A DNA stretch of 64,000 nucleotides from Shigella phage ESh30: the sequence record ON528740; one strand, written 5' to 3'. Positions 38,885 through 50,249 of this stretch are shown in pieces; within the stretch, counting starts at the first letter, position 1; every line of letters begins with the position of its first letter. The position numbers and the translations under genes were made by a program. A model generated the notes under the pieces. It was given only the letters and a program-made list of their open reading frames with translations. It ran no database searches and had not been told where the DNA came from.

Positions 38885-40063
38885 ATGAGCACAGTTTTTA
38901 ATACAAACCCAGTTGATGTTTTAAAAGAACCTATGTTTTTTGGTTCAGGTCTTGGTATTGCGCGTTATGATATTCAACGGCATCGAGTATTTGAAGAACT
39001 TACAGAGAAGTCCTTATCATTTTTCTGGCGCCCGGAAGAAGTAAACTTAATGATGGATGCTGCACAGTTTAATAAGCTTCCTCAGTATCAGCAAAATATT
39101 TTTACTAACAACTTGAAGTATCAATCACTTTTGGATAGCATTCAGGGTCGTGCGCCGTCTGCTGTACTTATGTCATTAATTTCAAACCCAAGCCTTGATA
39201 CGTGGGTTGCTACATGGACTTTTAGTGAAACTATTCACAGTCGTTCATATACACATATCATGCGAAATCTTTATACTGATCCATCGAAGGTATTTGATGA
39301 GATTGTATTAGATGAAGCTATTATGAAACGTGCTGAATCCATTGGACGTTATTATGATGATGTTCTGATTAAAACTCGTGAATGGGAAAATGCTAAAGAA
39401 TTTGTAGAACTATCTAAAGAATCTCCTGATGCCGACTTTCGTTTAAACCGAGCTATTAAACAAGAAGCCGAAGCTAAACGTGCTTTAATGAAATCTCTTT
39501 ACCTCTGTTTGCACGTTATTAATGCCTTAGAAGCTATTCGTTTTTATGTATCTTTCGCATGCACTTTTAACTTCCATAAGAACATGGAAATCATGGAAGG
39601 TAATGCCAAGATTATGAAGTTCATTGCGCGTGATGAGCAGCTTCATCTTAAAGGCACCCAATATATTATTCGTCAACTTCAACTTGGCACTGATGGCGAT
39701 GAATGGGTTAAAATTGCTCAAGAGTGTGAACAAGAAGCAGTTGATATTTTCATGGAAGTTAACCGCCAAGAAAAAGATTGGGCAGTTCATTTATTTAAAG
39801 ATGGAGATGTTCCTGGATTAAATACAAATAGCATGTGGAGCTTTATTGATTACTTAACTGTATCTCGTATGAAGCAGTGTGGTCTTCCATGCCCAATTAC
39901 CGATGCTCCGGTTAAACATCCATATCCTTGGATTCGTGAATATCTTAATTCTGATAATGTTCAATCTGCGCCACAAGAAGTAGAATTGTCATCTTACCTT
40001 GTTGCACAGATTGATAATGATGTTGATGATAAAGTTATGATGAGTTTTAAAAAATACTTTTAA
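38885..40063 (+). CDS. nrdB: ribonucleoside-diphosphate reductase small subunit (392 aa), uninterrupted
   Basis: Di-iron/tyrosyl-radical R2 protein; single continuous ORF with no intron. Confidence 0.92.
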   Translation: MSTVFNTNPVDVLKEPMFFGSGLGIARYDIQRHRVFEELTEKSLSFFWRPEEVNLMMDAAQFNKLPQYQQNIFTNNLKYQSLLDSIQGRAPSAVLMSLISNPSLDTWVATWTFSETIHSRSYTHIMRNLYTDPSKVFDEIVLDEAIMKRAESIGRYYDDVLIKTREWENAKEFVELSKESPDADFRLNRAIKQEAEAKRALMKSLYLCLHVINALEAIRFYVSFACTFNFHKNMEIMEGNAKIMKFIARDEQLHLKGTQYIIRQLQLGTDGDEWVKIAQECEQEAVDIFMEVNRQEKDWAVHLFKDGDVPGLNTNSMWSFIDYLTVSRMKQCGLPCPITDAPVKHPYPWIREYLNSDNVQSAPQEVELSSYLVAQIDNDVDDKVMMSFKKYF

Positions 40064-40067
40064 GGAG

Positions 40068-40090
40068 TGGGCCGCAAGGCCCATTTTATT
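40068..40090 (+). terminator. hairpin tgggcc-gcaa-ggccca + T-rich tract after nrdB
   Basis: Inverted repeat followed by TTTTATT, abutting denA start. Confidence 0.5.
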
Positions 40091-41678
<1,588 letters not shown>

Positions 41679-41681
41679 GCT

Positions 41682-41735
41682 GTTTACAAGTCCCTCGTGT
41701 TGTGTTACAGTAGTCTTACTGACATAACATGAGGA
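41682..41735 (+). promoter_or_regulatory. early promoter / 5' UTR module, copy A of a 54-bp near-identical repeat (other copy 55903..55956)
   Basis: gtttacaagtccctcgtgttgtgttacagtagtcttactgacataacatgagga; 1 mismatch to copy B. Confidence 0.6.
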
Positions 41736-41742
41736 CTTTATG

Positions 41743-42246
41743 ATGGATTTGCAGCTAATTACTACTGAAATGGTCGTTGAAGCATACGGTGATACTACAG
41801 ATGGGATTTCTGTATTTAAAGGAAACCGTCGAGTTGGATATATCACCGATCTTAAGAAAGATTTAGCTAAGCAAGTCAAGCGGAAAACGACCATTAAAGA
41901 ATATCGAAATCGTCGTCTTGAGCAAGCCCGTGATATGCTTCCTGATGCGGTTGAAGAGATGAAAGTCTTTTTAGAAAATCAGCTTGCGAAATATGATTGT
42001 GATGTATTTATTAATCAGACTCAACCTAATGTTCATATCAATAGTTGTAAATGCTATATCATCGTTAATCCTTTGACTGGAAAGCATCGTCTTGGAATTA
42101 GTAATCCAAATCGTAGTGCATCGGATATGGCAGAAGATGTTGAGGCATGCTTTAAAATTTCTAAATCTCCAGCTGAACATCATATTTTAATTAACGGTCT
42201 TTCTCAAGACGATATTATAGAGGTTATTAAAACTTTATGCATGTAA
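41743..42246 (+). CDS. alc: Alc, inhibitor of host transcription elongation on C-containing DNA (167 aa)
   Basis: MDLQLITTEMVVEAYGDTTDGISVFKGNRRVGYITDLKKDLAKQVKRKT...; position after rnlA as in T4. Confidence 0.8.
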   Translation: MDLQLITTEMVVEAYGDTTDGISVFKGNRRVGYITDLKKDLAKQVKRKTTIKEYRNRRLEQARDMLPDAVEEMKVFLENQLAKYDCDVFINQTQPNVHINSCKCYIIVNPLTGKHRLGISNPNRSASDMAEDVEACFKISKSPAEHHILINGLSQDDIIEVIKTLCM

Positions 42247-42590
42247 GTAATTTTACAGCTGGATTGCTATTACTTGTAATAGCATTTGGCGGAACATCTA
42301 TTATTTTAAAAAATAAGGTAGAAAGATTAGAAACATCAGTTACTGAAATTACAAAAACGGCCAATGAAAACGCCTTAGCATTAAATAATTTGCGAATTCA
42401 GTATAATTATATTGATGCGATGAATAATAAAAATCGTGAGGCAATTGCTGCTATTGAGCGTGAAAATGAAAAACTGCGCAAAGATGCAAAGAAGGCGGAT
42501 GTGGTGGCTCATAAGCCAGGATTGGTTGAAAAACAAATCAACAACTCCTTCAACAAGTTCGCAGAAGACATCCAGGACCTTTCTAAATGA
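42237..42590 (+). CDS. hypothetical membrane-anchored protein (117 aa)
   Basis: ORF track; N-terminal TM segment then coiled-coil-like region. Confidence 0.45.
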   Translation: MHVSNFTAGLLLLVIAFGGTSIILKNKVERLETSVTEITKTANENALALNNLRIQYNYIDAMNNKNREAIAAIERENEKLRKDAKKADVVAHKPGLVEKQINNSFNKFAEDIQDLSK

Positions 42591-42886
42591 TTAAACTATC
42601 AGCAGTAATATTATCTATTGGTCTTCTAGTTGGTTGTTCGACAAAGCCTCTAGAAGTAAAGAAAGAAACAGTTCATCCTAATTGGCCTGTACAAATAAAG
42701 TCATATGACGAAGCTAAATTATCTTGGCAAGTTAAAGTTATTGATGGTAAAGCTTGGGTCGGTATGCCATTTGAAGATTCTCAGGAATTTCGTATTTGGC
42801 TTAATGATGTAAAACGATATGTACACGACCAGAAAACTATGATATGTTATTATCGTCAAGAGTTAAAAGAGGATAAATGTAAATGA
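42587..42886 (+). CDS. predicted lipoprotein (99 aa)
   Basis: MIKLSAVILSIGLLVGCSTK signal peptide + lipobox. Confidence 0.5.
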   Translation: MIKLSAVILSIGLLVGCSTKPLEVKKETVHPNWPVQIKSYDEAKLSWQVKVIDGKAWVGMPFEDSQEFRIWLNDVKRYVHDQKTMICYYRQELKEDKCK

Positions 42887-43110
42887 TTTCATGGCATCAA
42901 TTTGAACATCTCAAAGGATTGATTTATGAATCCGAGATGGCTGCAATGATTTATGGACGCCAGATTCAGCGATTAGAATCTTTACCTCCAACTAATGATG
43001 TTTTATTAGCTCAATCACGTGCTAATCTTAAAAATGAATACCAAAATAAGTGGGGCAAAGCATCTAAAGATCTGCATGATTATATTCAATCATTAGTTGA
43101 GAAAAAATAA
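42883..43110 (+). CDS. hypothetical protein (75 aa)
   Basis: ORF track. Confidence 0.45.
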   Translation: MISWHQFEHLKGLIYESEMAAMIYGRQIQRLESLPPTNDVLLAQSRANLKNEYQNKWGKASKDLHDYIQSLVEKK

Positions 43111-44335
<1,225 letters not shown>

Positions 44336-44336
<1 letters not shown>

Positions 44337-44533
44337 TGGCTTGGCACCATGAAACTTGGGCTATTGTTATTGTAAATAGCAGTTTAGTTGGTACTAGTAA
44401 TGGGCAATTTTGTGTATTTACTAGTGAAAATAGAGCATGGGAGGAATGCCTTAAATTAAGAGAAAAGAATCCTGATGTTGAACTAGTAGTAAAGAAAACT
44501 AAACTGCCTTTACCATGGAAAACGTATGAATAA
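44336..44533 (+). CDS. hypothetical protein (~65 aa)
   Basis: ORF track 44306..44533 trimmed to ATG 44336. Confidence 0.4.
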
Positions 44534-44726
44534 CCTAGAAAAGATTTATCGTCTTTGTGATAAAATTGAAAAAGAAAAGAAATATCTATTTTGTCTATGG
44601 CCTATTGTTGACGGAAGAGTAGGCCTAGATGTTCTTGATTATGAAACAGAAGACAAAGTAGATGGCGCAACTTTTGATAACGCTTTGGATGTTATTGATT
44701 GGCTCGAAGAAAATTATGTGAGGTAA
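44526..44726 (+). CDS. hypothetical protein (66 aa)
   Basis: ORF track. Confidence 0.4.
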   Translation: MNNLEKIYRLCDKIEKEKKYLFCLWPIVDGRVGLDVLDYETEDKVDGATFDNALDVIDWLEENYVR

Positions 44727-44728
44727 AT

Positions 44729-45004
44729 ATGTTTCCGACTTACTCTAAAATCGTAGAAGTAGTGTTTAGCCAAATTATCGCTAATAATATGTTTGAAAAA
44801 CTTGATAACGCAGCTGAGCTTCGAATCCACGCTCAAGTGACTCATGTATTGAACACTTTGCTTCCAGACCAGGTGGATTCTATTGCCATTACGTTGTATC
44901 CAGGTTCCGCGCATATCATTGTTGTATTCGGTCTTGATGCTGAGCTAGTTATCAAAGGCGACATTCGCTTTGAATCTCAAACTGCGGAATTCAAAGCGAT
45001 TTAA
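44729..45004 (+). CDS. hypothetical protein (~91 aa)
   Basis: ORF track 44699..45004 trimmed to ATG 44729. Confidence 0.4.
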   Translation: MFPTYSKIVEVVFSQIIANNMFEKLDNAAELRIHAQVTHVLNTLLPDQVDSIAITLYPGSAHIIVVFGLDAELVIKGDIRFESQTAEFKAI

Positions 45005-45006
45005 TG

Positions 45007-45045
45007 GTTTACTTTACGGTAGAGTTGTGATATTATAGCTCTACC
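45007..45045 (+). promoter_or_regulatory. T4-type early promoter with -10 (TATTAT) inside hairpin ggtagag/ctctacc
   Basis: gtttactttacggtagagttgtgatattatagctctacc. Confidence 0.55.
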
Positions 45046-45066
45046 AAAACAAATGAGGAAATTGAA

Positions 45067-45594
45067 ATGAGCGAATGGTTTGAAGAAGATAAGGTTTATC
45101 GCTTTAAAACTGGGTATAAAGATATTTTTAATGAAACTTGCGGGGCTAATAAACGAATCGCCCAGTTTATTGGGGAAAATTCATTTAAAGTAAAAATTGA
45201 CCCTGCAAAGAATGTTATTAGCATTAAACGTGAAATTGATGATTGTTGGTATAAAGCTGTTGATGTAATGGGTGAATCCTATAAAGTTAGCCCGTTATTT
45301 TCAATTGCTTATATGTTAGAATATTCTTTTTTCGAAGAAGTTCAAAAAGATGATTCTGTAAGTAAATTTGAAATTAAAACTGATAAAGAAATTAAGTGGA
45401 AAGTAGTAGGTATTACTGGTTGTATGTTTTATATCTATGCTCAAACTGATACGAAGGAAGAAGCTAAAAAGAAAGCTCTAGAATATCTTGAAGAGTATGA
45501 AGAAGGCCCGGTAATGATTACTCAAGATGCTGAATTAGTTTCTGTCAAATTAGTTAAAAACGTTGAAAGTAAGGAGCTGGGATCAACATGCTAA
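45067..45594 (+). CDS. hypothetical protein (175 aa)
   Basis: ORF track. Confidence 0.5.
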   Translation: MSEWFEEDKVYRFKTGYKDIFNETCGANKRIAQFIGENSFKVKIDPAKNVISIKREIDDCWYKAVDVMGESYKVSPLFSIAYMLEYSFFEEVQKDDSVSKFEIKTDKEIKWKVVGITGCMFYIYAQTDTKEEAKKKALEYLEEYEEGPVMITQDAELVSVKLVKNVESKELGSTC

Positions 45595-45824
45595 GTGAAA
45601 AACCAATTACTGTTAAAGAATTCCAAGAAAAAGTTAAACTATTTGCTCAGGAATTGGTAAATAAGGTTTCTGAACGATTTCCTGAAACATCGGTTCGTGT
45701 TATTACCGAAACTCCTCGTTCAGTATTAGTAATTGTGAATCCAGGTGATGGTGATCAAATAACACATCTCAAATTGGATTTTGATGGATTAGTTGAAGCA
45801 CAAAGGGTGTATGGCGTACTATGA
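45588..45824 (+). CDS. hypothetical protein (78 aa)
   Basis: ORF track. Confidence 0.45.
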   Translation: MLSEKPITVKEFQEKVKLFAQELVNKVSERFPETSVRVITETPRSVLVIVNPGDGDQITHLKLDFDGLVEAQRVYGVL

Positions 45825-46159
45825 TGAATTTAACTGATATAATTAATAATTGTCTTGAAAATGATACTGGCGATCATAGAGCGCTTGACTCTGACACAGC
45901 ACAGTTCATTAGAATAACTTTAATGAATGACACTCTAGTGAATAGTATTCATCCTTCTGTGTATGATGCTATTATTGTGACGAAGTATCCTGTTGAGCTT
46001 CACAAAAAGATGGTTGGTGCAATTTTTATTGATAAGAAAAACCGCTTTAAAGATGGGCAGAATATAATTAGTTCTGTTATTAAAAGTATAACTAAACTTC
46101 GTCACGAAATTTATCGTGTTGAAACTGCTAAATCTGCTTATCTGGTGATTATGAAATGA
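45821..46159 (+). CDS. hypothetical protein (112 aa)
   Basis: ORF track. Confidence 0.45.
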   Translation: MMNLTDIINNCLENDTGDHRALDSDTAQFIRITLMNDTLVNSIHPSVYDAIIVTKYPVELHKKMVGAIFIDKKNRFKDGQNIISSVIKSITKLRHEIYRVETAKSAYLVIMK

Positions 46160-46737
46160 AAGCGAGTACAGTACTTCAAATTGCATATTTAGTATCACAA
46201 GAATCAAAATGTTGCTCCTGGAAGGTAGGAGCAGTAATTGAAAAGAATGGACGTATTATTTCTACTGGGTATAATGGTTCACCCGCAGGAGGTGTGAACT
46301 GTTGTGATTATGCTGCTGAGCAAGGTTGGTTGCTAAATAAACCTAAACATACTATCATTCAAGGTCATAAGCCTGAATGCGTATCATTTGGTTCAACTGA
46401 TCGTTTTGTTTTGGCGAAAGAACATCGTAGTGCTCACTCGGAATGGTCATCTAAAAATGAAATTCATGCTGAACTAAATGCAATTTTGTTTGCTGCACGA
46501 AATGGTTCTTCTATTGAAGGTGCTACTATGTATGTAACACTTTCTCCTTGCCCAGATTGCGCAAAAGCGATAGCTCAATCTGGTATTAAAAAGCTGGTTT
46601 ATTGTGAAACATACGACAAAAATAAACCTGGTTGGGATGATATTCTGCGAAATGCAGGTATTGAAGTGTTTAATGTTCCTAAGAAAAACTTGAATAAGTT
46701 AAACTGGGAAAATATCAACGAATTCTGCGGTGAATAA
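46156..46737 (+). CDS. cd: dCMP deaminase (193 aa)
   Basis: MKASTVLQIAYLVSQESKCCSWKVGAVIEKNGRIISTGYNGSPAGG...HAELNAILFAARNG...TLSPCPDCAKAI zinc-dependent deaminase motifs (HAE, PCxxC); recognised as T4 Cd. Confidence 0.92.
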   Translation: MKASTVLQIAYLVSQESKCCSWKVGAVIEKNGRIISTGYNGSPAGGVNCCDYAAEQGWLLNKPKHTIIQGHKPECVSFGSTDRFVLAKEHRSAHSEWSSKNEIHAELNAILFAARNGSSIEGATMYVTLSPCPDCAKAIAQSGIKKLVYCETYDKNKPGWDDILRNAGIEVFNVPKKNLNKLNWENINEFCGE

Positions 46738-46973
46738 TGAAATTTCGTTTGGTAAAGCTCACAGCAATTAGTTCTTATTCTAACGAGAACATTTCATTTG
46801 CTGTAGAGTATAAGAAGTATTTTTTCTCTAAATGGAAGCAGTATTATAAGTCAAACTGGGTTTGTATTGATAGACCACATAGTTGGAAATCTGATTTAGA
46901 AAAATGCCAAAAATTACTTTCCACTCTTAAAGAACGTGGAACAACTCATATTAAAACTGTAATAGGTAAATAA
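46737..46973 (+). CDS. hypothetical protein (78 aa)
   Basis: ORF track. Confidence 0.45.
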   Translation: MKFRLVKLTAISSYSNENISFAVEYKKYFFSKWKQYYKSNWVCIDRPHSWKSDLEKCQKLLSTLKERGTTHIKTVIGK

Positions 46974-47282
46974 ATGAAACTGACGACTGAACAAAAAGTA
47001 GCAATTCGTGAAATTTTGAAAACTAAATTGTCCATGGGTGTTTCAAACGTAGTTTTTGAAAAGTCTGACGGTACTATTCGTGTTATGAAAGGTACTCGCG
47101 ACGCGGACTTTATGCCAACCATGCAAACTGGCAAATTGACTGAATCTACTCGGAAAGAATCTACTGACATGATTCCGGTATTTGATGTTGAGCTTGGTGC
47201 ATGGCGAGGTTTTTCTATTGACAAATTGATTTCCGTTAATGGTATGAAAGTTGAGCATTTGCTCCAATTTATTGGTAAATAA
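46974..47282 (+). CDS. hypothetical protein (102 aa)
   Basis: ORF track. Confidence 0.45.
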   Translation: MKLTTEQKVAIREILKTKLSMGVSNVVFEKSDGTIRVMKGTRDADFMPTMQTGKLTESTRKESTDMIPVFDVELGAWRGFSIDKLISVNGMKVEHLLQFIGK

Positions 47283-47338
47283 ATGCTTTAAGAATTATTT
47301 GTTATTATTAATTCATCTGTTAACAAAAAGGAAAAACG

Positions 47339-47674
47339 ATGTCTGAAGTACAACAGTTACCAATTCGTGCTGTCGGTGAATATGTTATTTTAGTTTCTGA
47401 ACCCGCACAAGCCGGTGATGAAGAAGTTACAGAATCAGGACTTATTATCGGTAAACGTGTTCAAGGTGAAGTTCCTGAACTGTGTGTAGTTCACTCTGTC
47501 GGTCCTGATGTTCCTGAAGGTTTCTGCGAAGTTGGTGATTTGACTTCTCTTCCAGTTGGTCAAATTCGAAATGTTCCGCATCCTTTTGTAGCTCTGGGTC
47601 TTAAGCAGCCAAAAGAAATTAAACAAAAATTCGTTACTTGTCACTATAAAGCTATTCCGTGTCTTTATAAGTGA
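47339..47674 (+). CDS. 31: co-chaperonin gp31 (GroES-like, capsid folding), 111 aa
   Basis: [68 protein letters not shown]... recognised as T4 gp31. Confidence 0.93.
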
Positions 47675-47675
47675 T

Positions 47676-47683
47676 ATAAATAA
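47676..47683 (+). promoter_or_regulatory. possible T4 late promoter TATAAATA between 31 and rIII
   Basis: Exact TATAAATA on + strand; about 140 nt from rIII start so assignment is tentative. Confidence 0.35.
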
Positions 47684-47821
47684 TAATATGAATTGGGTGT
47701 CGGAATAATAAGTTAACCGAACAATTCTATGTGGTAGTCTACAACTGAGAGATCTGTCGAAAGAAGATGAAATTCAGAAGAACGTGACTACCGAGTTTTA
47801 ATCTCTAACGAGAATTTTTAA

Positions 47822-48070
47822 ATGATTAAACAATTACAACACGCTCTTGAACTGCAACGAAACGCATGGAATAATGGTCACGAAAACTATGGCGCATCTA
47901 TTGATGTTGAAGCCGAAGCTCTTGAAATCCTGCGTTATTTCAAACATCTGAATCCTGCTCAAACTGCATTAGCTGCTGAGCTTCAGGAAAAAGATGAACT
48001 TAAATATGCTAAGCCTCTGGCTTCTGCTGCACGAAAAGCAGTTCGTCACTTTGTGGTAACACTGAAGTAA
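47822..48070 (+). CDS. rIII: rIII lysis-inhibition accessory protein (82 aa)
   Basis: MIKQLQHALELQRNAWNNGHENYGASIDVEAEALEILRYFKHLNPAQTALAAELQEKDELKYAKPLASAARKAVRHFVVTLK recognised as T4 rIII. Confidence 0.9.
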   Translation: MIKQLQHALELQRNAWNNGHENYGASIDVEAEALEILRYFKHLNPAQTALAAELQEKDELKYAKPLASAARKAVRHFVVTLK

Positions 48071-48468
48071 TTTATTGGAGATTCACTGCCTTAGTGTGAG
48101 CTAAAATCGAGGAGCCGTCGAACTGTCTGATTAATGATTTGCGAATCATTATAGTTTTAAGACCCCGGCAGTTTTACGGTGTACCTCTTGAATGTTATTC
48201 TTATAGCGGCAAGTGCATGCTACCCCGAGGTGATGGCCAATCGGGAGTACGCCTCAAGGCCTATATATCCATCAGTATATATCTTATCCTCGAGAAATCG
48301 AACCCGGAACCTTTAAGCTAACGGTGTGCAACAGATAAGAGCTATAAGGTATGATGACGGGTTTATGGTTATCCTGGTCGTTAAATATCAAAAAACCTAT
48401 GTTCCCCTTGAGGGCTTGCGCAGGCAATGCCAATAAGTCCTGCATTTTCATTTAAAAGAGAATTTATA
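48071..48468. other. ~400-bp GC-rich noncoding island with multiple short inverted repeats; candidate structured RNA or decayed element
   Basis: No ORF over 60 aa on either strand except one low-complexity frame; local GC clearly above flanking AT-rich coding; hairpin taatgatt-tgcg-aatcatta at about 48131..48150. Confidence 0.4.
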
Positions 48469-48645
48469 ATGGCAAAACAAGCTAAAGCAAAGAAAGCAGT
48501 TGAAAAGAAAGTTGGTGATTCTAAACGCGCTGGCTACAAGCGTGGGTCGAACTCTCGTATCAATCAAACTGTTGAGAAGATCATGCGCCGAGCACGTGCG
48601 GTTCTTCGAGATGATGCTTCTCGTTTTGGTAAGCAGAAAGCATAA
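48469..48645 (+). CDS. hypothetical basic protein (~58 aa)
   Basis: ORF track 48427..48645 trimmed to ATG 48469; MAKQAKAKKAVEKKVGDSKRAGYKRGSNSRINQTVEK... Confidence 0.45.
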   Translation: MAKQAKAKKAVEKKVGDSKRAGYKRGSNSRINQTVEKIMRRARAVLRDDASRFGKQKA

Positions 48646-48649
48646 GTTG

Positions 48650-48676
48650 AGGACTCCTTCGGGAGTCCTTTTTTAT
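48650..48676 (+). terminator. intrinsic terminator (aggactcc-UUCG-ggagtcct + T7)
   Basis: Perfect 8-bp stem, UUCG loop, TTTTTTATTTT. Confidence 0.7.
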
Positions 48677-48698
48677 TTTCCAAAGATTGCATAAAGTT

Positions 48699-48731
48699 GT
48701 TTACAGTATGGTTCCTTTGTGATAGTATTAT
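48699..48731 (+). promoter_or_regulatory. T4-type early promoter (GTTTAC ... TAGTATTAT)
   Basis: gtttacagtatggttcctttgtgatagtattat. Confidence 0.55.
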
Positions 48732-48755
48732 CTTACACAAACAAAGGAGAATAAA

Positions 48756-49088
48756 ATGAAAACGATTAATCTGAACGCTGCAGTTAAAACTAAATGCTTC
48801 AATGGTAAATATGATGAAACTATGTGGTTCTTAATGGCAGTTGAAGGTGATATTATTGAAGTAGAAACAACAGAAGGTATGGGAACAGATTTCACCTTTA
48901 CAATTCAAGTTCATAATTTCTTTACTGGTTGGATTTATGAATTGAATACAGTAATCGTTGGAAAAATTGAACAAAATGAATTAGGTGAATGGTATTATGT
49001 TACAGCTCGCCAACGTGCCGAACGCTTAATTGAGAAGATGAAAAAAGTTGGTAAACTTGACATGCAGCATTGGAAAGTAGTAAAATAA
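48756..49088 (+). CDS. hypothetical protein (110 aa)
   Basis: ORF track. Confidence 0.5.
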   Translation: MKTINLNAAVKTKCFNGKYDETMWFLMAVEGDIIEVETTEGMGTDFTFTIQVHNFFTGWIYELNTVIVGKIEQNELGEWYYVTARQRAERLIEKMKKVGKLDMQHWKVVK

Positions 49089-49090
49089 TT

Positions 49091-49130
49091 GTTTACTTTG
49101 GTACAGGATATGATATTATATACCTGTACC
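49091..49130 (+). promoter_or_regulatory. T4-type early promoter with -10 (TATTAT) inside 8-bp hairpin ggtacagg/cctgtacc
   Basis: gtttactttggtacaggatatgatattatatacctgtacc. Confidence 0.55.
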
Positions 49131-49155
49131 GCAATTAAACATCTTGGAGAATAAA

Positions 49156-49521
49156 ATGAACTACATCAACTTTGAACGTAAATATGTTTCTAACGGTATT
49201 GCAGGTTCTATTGATACTATTTGCCTTTGGAAACATCAAAATGGATCAGTATGCGAAATTGAGCAGTATATGACTCCTAATTACGTTTATATGCGATTTG
49301 AAAACGGTATCACGGTTTCAATCACGATGGAAGGTTCCAACTTTAAAATCGCTCTGGATGATGATTTCCGTGAACGCGATTTAGGGACTCATCCTTGCTG
49401 GAATGGCGTTAATCGCAAGCTTTTGGTTAAAACTTGGATTCGTCATATTCTGAGTAACAGAGCTAAACCTGAGCATCTTGAAGCAATCTTTGATGTAGTT
49501 CTTAACGAATTTGATATTTAA
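49156..49521 (+). CDS. hypothetical protein (~121 aa)
   Basis: ORF track 49144..49521 (TTG) trimmed to ATG 49156. Confidence 0.45.
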   Translation: MNYINFERKYVSNGIAGSIDTICLWKHQNGSVCEIEQYMTPNYVYMRFENGITVSITMEGSNFKIALDDDFRERDLGTHPCWNGVNRKLLVKTWIRHILSNRAKPEHLEAIFDVVLNEFDI

Positions 49522-49528
49522 AATAAAT

Positions 49529-49544
49529 GAGGGGCTTTGGCCCC
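49529..49544 (+). promoter_or_regulatory. stem-loop aggggc-tttg-gcccct
   Basis: GC inverted repeat between ORFs. Confidence 0.4.
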
Positions 49545-49561
49545 TTACTGAGGAAAATGTT

Positions 49562-49849
49562 ATGTTTATGACTACTTATTTTGATACCCGTAAAAACTTC
49601 TGCGAAGTAGTTTTCTCAAAGGCGCCTAAAGACCTTCCTGCACATTTGCAACCTATCAGTGAATCGATTAAAAACTACGTTAATGTAGTCTGCCCTTTAG
49701 AGTTCCGTACTGTAAATGGGCGCGATACTTTAGCTATCACTAAACTCAATCGCGAAATTGACATTGATCCCTCAATTGCACGTGAAATTAATAGTTCTGA
49801 TATTAATGGCGGTAATGTTAAATCGCACGGTTTTCAGATGAGGTTTTAA
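49562..49849 (+). CDS. hypothetical protein (~95 aa)
   Basis: ORF track 49511..49849 trimmed to ATG 49562 after RBS gaggaaaat. Confidence 0.45.
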   Translation: MFMTTYFDTRKNFCEVVFSKAPKDLPAHLQPISESIKNYVNVVCPLEFRTVNGRDTLAITKLNREIDIDPSIAREINSSDINGGNVKSHGFQMRF

Positions 49850-50046
49850 TGAAATTCTTTTTAGGTCAAACTGTTGAATTAAAGGGAGTTGGTATACCTG
49901 GATTAATTTCTAAGGTTCTACCTCCGTTTAAATGGAGTGGTATTCAAATAAAAGAGGCTTATATTGTTTTCTGGGTAGATGGAAATGAAGACCTTCGTAT
50001 GGGTGATGAATTATCTCCTATCTACGGATTAAAGGAAATAGTATGA
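49849..50046 (+). CDS. hypothetical protein (65 aa)
   Basis: ORF track. Confidence 0.4.
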   Translation: MKFFLGQTVELKGVGIPGLISKVLPPFKWSGIQIKEAYIVFWVDGNEDLRMGDELSPIYGLKEIV

Positions 50047-50249
50047 ATATAATTAATAAGATTTTTGGAATTCAGTACATTAAGGTCACATATAAAGTAA
50101 CAGATAAAAATCCGTATACTGATGAACATGAAGAACCGCAAGTTGAGTCTATTATATTAGAAAAGGACCCTAACTGGCCAGTTGAATTTCGTCTTCCTTG
50201 CTATGGTCATTGGGCTGATGTTGAAATTATAAGCATTGAAAATGTCTGA
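50043..50249 (+). CDS. hypothetical protein (68 aa)
   Basis: ORF track. Confidence 0.4.
   Translation: MNIINKIFGIQYIKVTYKVTDKNPYTDEHEEPQVESIILEKDPNWPVEFRLPCYGHWADVEIISIENV

Noticed and set aside
48270-48345. Possible tRNA-like element in the GC-rich island (GGTTCGATT-like string on the minus strand)
   Set aside because: I could not assemble a cloverleaf: no 5-bp T-stem flanking the loop and no matching acceptor stem; a covariance-model scan is needed before any RNA class is claimed.
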